DNA of 64,000 bases from IMG/VR virus record IMGVR_UViG_3300010338_002626, positions 2,331 to 66,330 of that record; one strand, 5' to 3'. The stretch is from a virus (Duplodnaviria; Caudoviricetes). Of the stretch, positions 60,812-64,000 are shown piece by piece; position 1 is the stretch's first letter, and each line of letters begins with the position of its first letter. The translations under genes were made by a program, and so were the position numbers. The notes below the pieces were generated by a model that saw only the letters and a program-made list of their open reading frames with translations, was not told the DNA's origin and did not search any database.

Positions 60812-61984
60812 ACTCGCTCTTTCATTTTTTTTATCTAAAATTTTATATAAACCATATAATGTAGGTACACCCAGTACAGCAGCACCTAATCCACGTGATA
60901 CTTTACGGTTTCTATTCATAAATTCACGTATTGCTTTATAACTACTTTGATCACTCTTAATATCAATACCTTTAATTTTATCTAGTGCCTTCGCACCCGA
61001 TTCTAATATCATACCGCCAGCTGATTGCGAAGCCCAACCTCCTGCTAGGTTCAATAATTCACGTACTTTTTTATTTGCAGATAAACCTAAACCAATACCA
61101 GCAGTTATAAGTCCACGTTTCATTAATTGCTTATCATTTTCTTTTTTACCTTTAAGTGCTAATCCTGATCCCAATACAAATAAAGCAGGTGTTACTGTAG
61201 ACATCGGTATTTTTGCTGGATATGGATTCTTTATTACTTCATTTAAACCTTCTGTAATTTCAGATGGTAATATAGCTTTAACTTGGCCTTTACGGCCACC
61301 CAGCAAACGTAAAAATGAATCTGCAAAAGTAACACATGTTCCAGATCCACATTGGCCTTTATTTAAATTAAAATTTACAACAAAAGGACTATATTTATAT
61401 AATTTTTTATCTGCATTTTCACGAACCATCTTATCAACTGCTTCAATTAACGCAGGATTTACATTCGGATCTCTGTATACAGAACCTACATATCTTACAT
61501 GCTTTGGTGAAAATTCCTCATACCATACATATTTATTTAAATTAGGATCGAATTTACGTTTCTTAACCATAACCATATCGCGTAATTTCGATTCTAGTGA
61601 TCCTGCTTCAACTATACCATGTGTTTTAGGCATCACCTCTACATAACGTCCATAACCTCTCCACACTCTATTTGGAGACATTGGGGCTTTTTTTGATTTA
61701 GCTGCAACTTCACGCCAGCCTTTATTCTCCCAATCCCCAGGATAGGGCCAATCATAATATTTATTTCCAGTAATAATAATTGGATGAGATTTTCCTGGCA
61801 TAAAAGTATCTTGTAATACTAAAACATCTCCAGGTTTCGCAGCTTCAAAAGTTTTTAATAATTGATCAAAAGATGTATAAGGGTTACTTACTTTTCTATC
61901 AGAAAGTAAATTATAACCTTTATACCCTAAAACACCGGCTAATGATGCTGGAAAAACTAGCGACGTATTTCTTCTCTCGTCCAT
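60806..61984 (-). CDS. Permuted papain-like (NlpC/P60, YaeF/YiiX-type) peptidase/amidase flanked by Gly-rich hydrophobic helices
   Basis: KPGDVLV...KSHPII (His first), then LYKY...GTCVTFADSFL (Cys) and ILPSEI; AGGAG SD. Confidence 0.55.
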   Translation of the reverse strand: MDERRNTSLVFPASLAGVLGYKGYNLLSDRKVSNPYTSFDQLLKTFEAAKPGDVLVLQDTFMPGKSHPIIITGNKYYDWPYPGDWENKGWREVAAKSKKAPMSPNRVWRGYGRYVEVMPKTHGIVEAGSLESKLRDMVMVKKRKFDPNLNKYVWYEEFSPKHVRYVGSVYRDPNVNPALIEAVDKMVRENADKKLYKYSPFVVNFNLNKGQCGSGTCVTFADSFLRLLGGRKGQVKAILPSEITEGLNEVIKNPYPAKIPMSTVTPALFVLGSGLALKGKKENDKQLMKRGLITAGIGLGLSANKKVRELLNLAGGWASQSAGGMILESGAKALDKIKGIDIKSDQSSYKAIREFMNRNRKVSRGLGAAVLGVPTLYGLYKILDKKNERASL

Positions 61985-63132
61985 ATTTTCTCCTGATTTT
62001 CTTGATTTCCTTTATTTTTACGTATTGCATCTAATAATGCGACTCCACCACCAGTTAAACCTGCAGTACCTAATGCAATTCCACTAGCAGTAAGTGGATC
62101 ATATCTACCAGTTAAATGTTTATAAAGTTTTCTAACTTCTCGAGGAACCTCTAAGTAACCGCTCATATCATTTAATTCGACAAACATCGGTTTTCCTGTT
62201 ACAGCATTAGGGATAACATCTGCACCAAGAATAAAATTACTTTTTGTTCTTAGTTGTGGGTTATTTTTTATAACCTCTGCCATCGCTTGTTCTAATACTT
62301 CATTTGAAAAATCTTTTGCCTGTCCTATCGATGGTGAGAATTTATAATATTTAGATCCAAATACAGTTGGTACACCATTTATAATAGCAAAATGTACCCT
62401 TTGTTCTTTTGCAGGGAATCCATCTTTTAATTTTTCGTATGGTATCTTTTCATTATAAATATAATTATCAAGATTTTTATAAAAAGGTGTAGCGTCTCTT
62501 TTATTTGCTTTCAACATTTCAGTATTAAAATGACCAGACTCTACTGTTTGAGCATAACCGACTCTAGGTTTAAAATATAAATCTTTTTCTAATTTTTTAA
62601 CTGCTTCATTAAAATCACGTTTTGTTTTTATTGGACGCCCTAATGCTTCTTCTAATATCTCTCGAGCTGGACCACCTTTTGCAATATATTCTGATTTTAA
62701 TTTATTATAATTTAATTTATCACTAAAATATTTATTCAAAAATTCTAAATCAGTATTATATTCGACATCTGCTCTCGGTATAGCCCCTTTAAAATCGGGA
62801 CTAGAAACATAATGATACACAGCACCTTCAAGTTTTTGACCTGGGACTAAATCTTGTGCCTTAACAAATTTTACTGGACTATAAAAAAGTCTATTTTTAA
62901 TTTTATCAATTAATTTCGTCGGATATAAATTTGGATAAGCATCCCATTCATCCATCACATATGTTAATTTTCCTCCAGATGCTTCTTGAGCTTTAGCTAA
63001 TTCAGGAATTTTGGAATAAAAAGGAGATCTGGCGATTTTATATGCAGCGATTCCAGCAGTCAATGGAATTAATGCTTTTACTAAATTTAAATAACTACGA
63101 TCATCTTTATGATTATGATTCTTCGAGCTCAT
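61957..63132 (-). CDS. ATP-grasp (RimK-like) amide ligase flanked by hydrophobic helices
   Basis: FSDKL, YFKPRVG, YNEKIP, EQRVH, LGADV...FVELN. Start at 63132 or 63150. Confidence 0.7.
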   Translation of the reverse strand: MSSKNHNHKDDRSYLNLVKALIPLTAGIAAYKIARSPFYSKIPELAKAQEASGGKLTYVMDEWDAYPNLYPTKLIDKIKNRLFYSPVKFVKAQDLVPGQKLEGAVYHYVSSPDFKGAIPRADVEYNTDLEFLNKYFSDKLNYNKLKSEYIAKGGPAREILEEALGRPIKTKRDFNEAVKKLEKDLYFKPRVGYAQTVESGHFNTEMLKANKRDATPFYKNLDNYIYNEKIPYEKLKDGFPAKEQRVHFAIINGVPTVFGSKYYKFSPSIGQAKDFSNEVLEQAMAEVIKNNPQLRTKSNFILGADVIPNAVTGKPMFVELNDMSGYLEVPREVRKLYKHLTGRYDPLTASGIALGTAGLTGGGVALLDAIRKNKGNQENQEKIWTREEIRR

Positions 63133-64000
63133 TATCGTCTTTTTCCTCATTTACTAATGAATTATAATGTTTATATTTATTTTCTATAGAAACTGATATT
63201 CCATCTAAATTTTCTTTTTTACCACTTAAAACAAATTGTATCTCATCAAATAAATTTTTCTGTTCTTTAGTTTCGCGATCGAGACGTTCCATGCGATCTG
63301 TAATTCGTAAACTAAGATTTCCCCATTTTTGTGCAAGTTCTGGGTCAAGTTTCATTTTTTCTTTAAAATTATAAAATGCATCTAGCATCATAGAACGTAA
63401 CATTTGATCGAATGGTTTATCCGGGGCGATACCTAGTTTCCAGAATAAATAATCTTTATCCCCCTCTAATGCTAGATTATAATATTTAACTAGTGTTTGA
63501 TCATTAACACACTGTATATAATCACGCTTCTCAGAAAGCGTCCAATCATATACATTAAAAAAATAACGTATAAATTCTTTTATATCATCTAATGTATAAT
63601 GAATATTATATTTTTCATTAATTATTAATTCTATGTCTTCTTCAGATGCATTAGCCATTGCAATAGAACTTATTATCATATACATTTGAGGGTCTTTGAG
63701 TAATTCAAGCGCACCCTTTATACCAAATACGCCTTCAGGTATTTCTAATTTTTTATCATAAGCAACAAATTTAATTACACCGAGATCTCTTAACCATTCT
63801 GGAGATGGATATGATGCATCTGAAGAAAAATAATTTTCTTTATCTTCTTTTTTTAAAGAGTTATAAACTTGTTGCAAATTTTCAAATGTAAAAACATCGG
63901 ATAAAGGTACTTTTAAATTGTGGATATCCTCCATAATTTTATCTGGGGGATATTTACACATTATTAATGCTTCAACATATTTAATAAAAGGAACTTTCAT
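63113..64000 (-). CDS. Hypothetical helical protein (possibly terminase small subunit; may extend past the window edge)
   Basis: 295-aa ORF beginning at the last base of the window; function inferred only from position. Confidence 0.4.
   Translation of the reverse strand: MKVPFIKYVEALIMCKYPPDKIMEDIHNLKVPLSDVFTFENLQQVYNSLKKEDKENYFSSDASYPSPEWLRDLGVIKFVAYDKKLEIPEGVFGIKGALELLKDPQMYMIISSIAMANASEEDIELIINEKYNIHYTLDDIKEFIRYFFNVYDWTLSEKRDYIQCVNDQTLVKYYNLALEGDKDYLFWKLGIAPDKPFDQMLRSMMLDAFYNFKEKMKLDPELAQKWGNLSLRITDRMERLDRETKEQKNLFDEIQFVLSGKKENLDGISVSIENKYKHYNSLVNEEKDDNELEES

Noticed and set aside
1-64000. Stop-codon reassignment (TAG/TGA recoding seen in some large phages)
   Set aside because: Genes are full length and densely packed under the standard code; no split conserved proteins were seen.
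1-64000. tRNA genes, CRISPR arrays, diversity-generating retroelement
   Set aside because: Intergenic gaps are short and explained by promoters or terminators; no cloverleaf, spaced repeat or reverse transcriptase was seen by eye (tRNAscan and a CRISPR finder were not run).

Overview
A 64-kb, very AT-rich segment of a large contractile-tailed (myovirus-type) bacteriophage genome, read with the standard code (long ORFs are intact without stop-codon recoding). There are three blocks. (1) 1-21.5 kb, minus strand: tail and baseplate genes (tail fibre running off the left edge, baseplate wedge and J-like proteins, gp25-like, hub, tape measure, tail chaperone with a -1 frameshift) with a sigma-70-type gene embedded. 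(2) 21.7-42.8 kb, plus strand: DNA metabolism and accessory genes (SF2 helicase, peptide deformylase, degenerate CCA/HD protein, MBL and DnaQ-type nucleases, AAA/SSB/RecU recombination module, dUTPase, a glycosyltransferase plus two methyltransferases, class II RNR, two paralogous N/I/Y-rich proteins, RpoD-like sigma, PolA, dNMP kinase). (3) 42.8-64 kb, mostly minus strand: tail tube and sheath, lysis, neck, HK97-type capsid, scaffold-like proteins, prohead protease and intein-containing large terminase. Upstream of the terminase lie a 54-aa ribosomal protein bS21 gene missing from the ORF track, a nucleotidyltransferase, and an adjacent ATP-grasp ligase / permuted papain-like peptidase pair. 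The strongest new observations are the bS21 / NTase / ATP-grasp / peptidase cluster next to the terminase, a pervasive K-x-A motif in head proteins, and a four-copy promoter architecture TTGA(C/A)T-N17-TATATT-N4-TATAA(T/A). No portal, primase, tRNA or CRISPR array was seen. All functional calls come from motifs recognised by eye; no database search was run and the host is not established.
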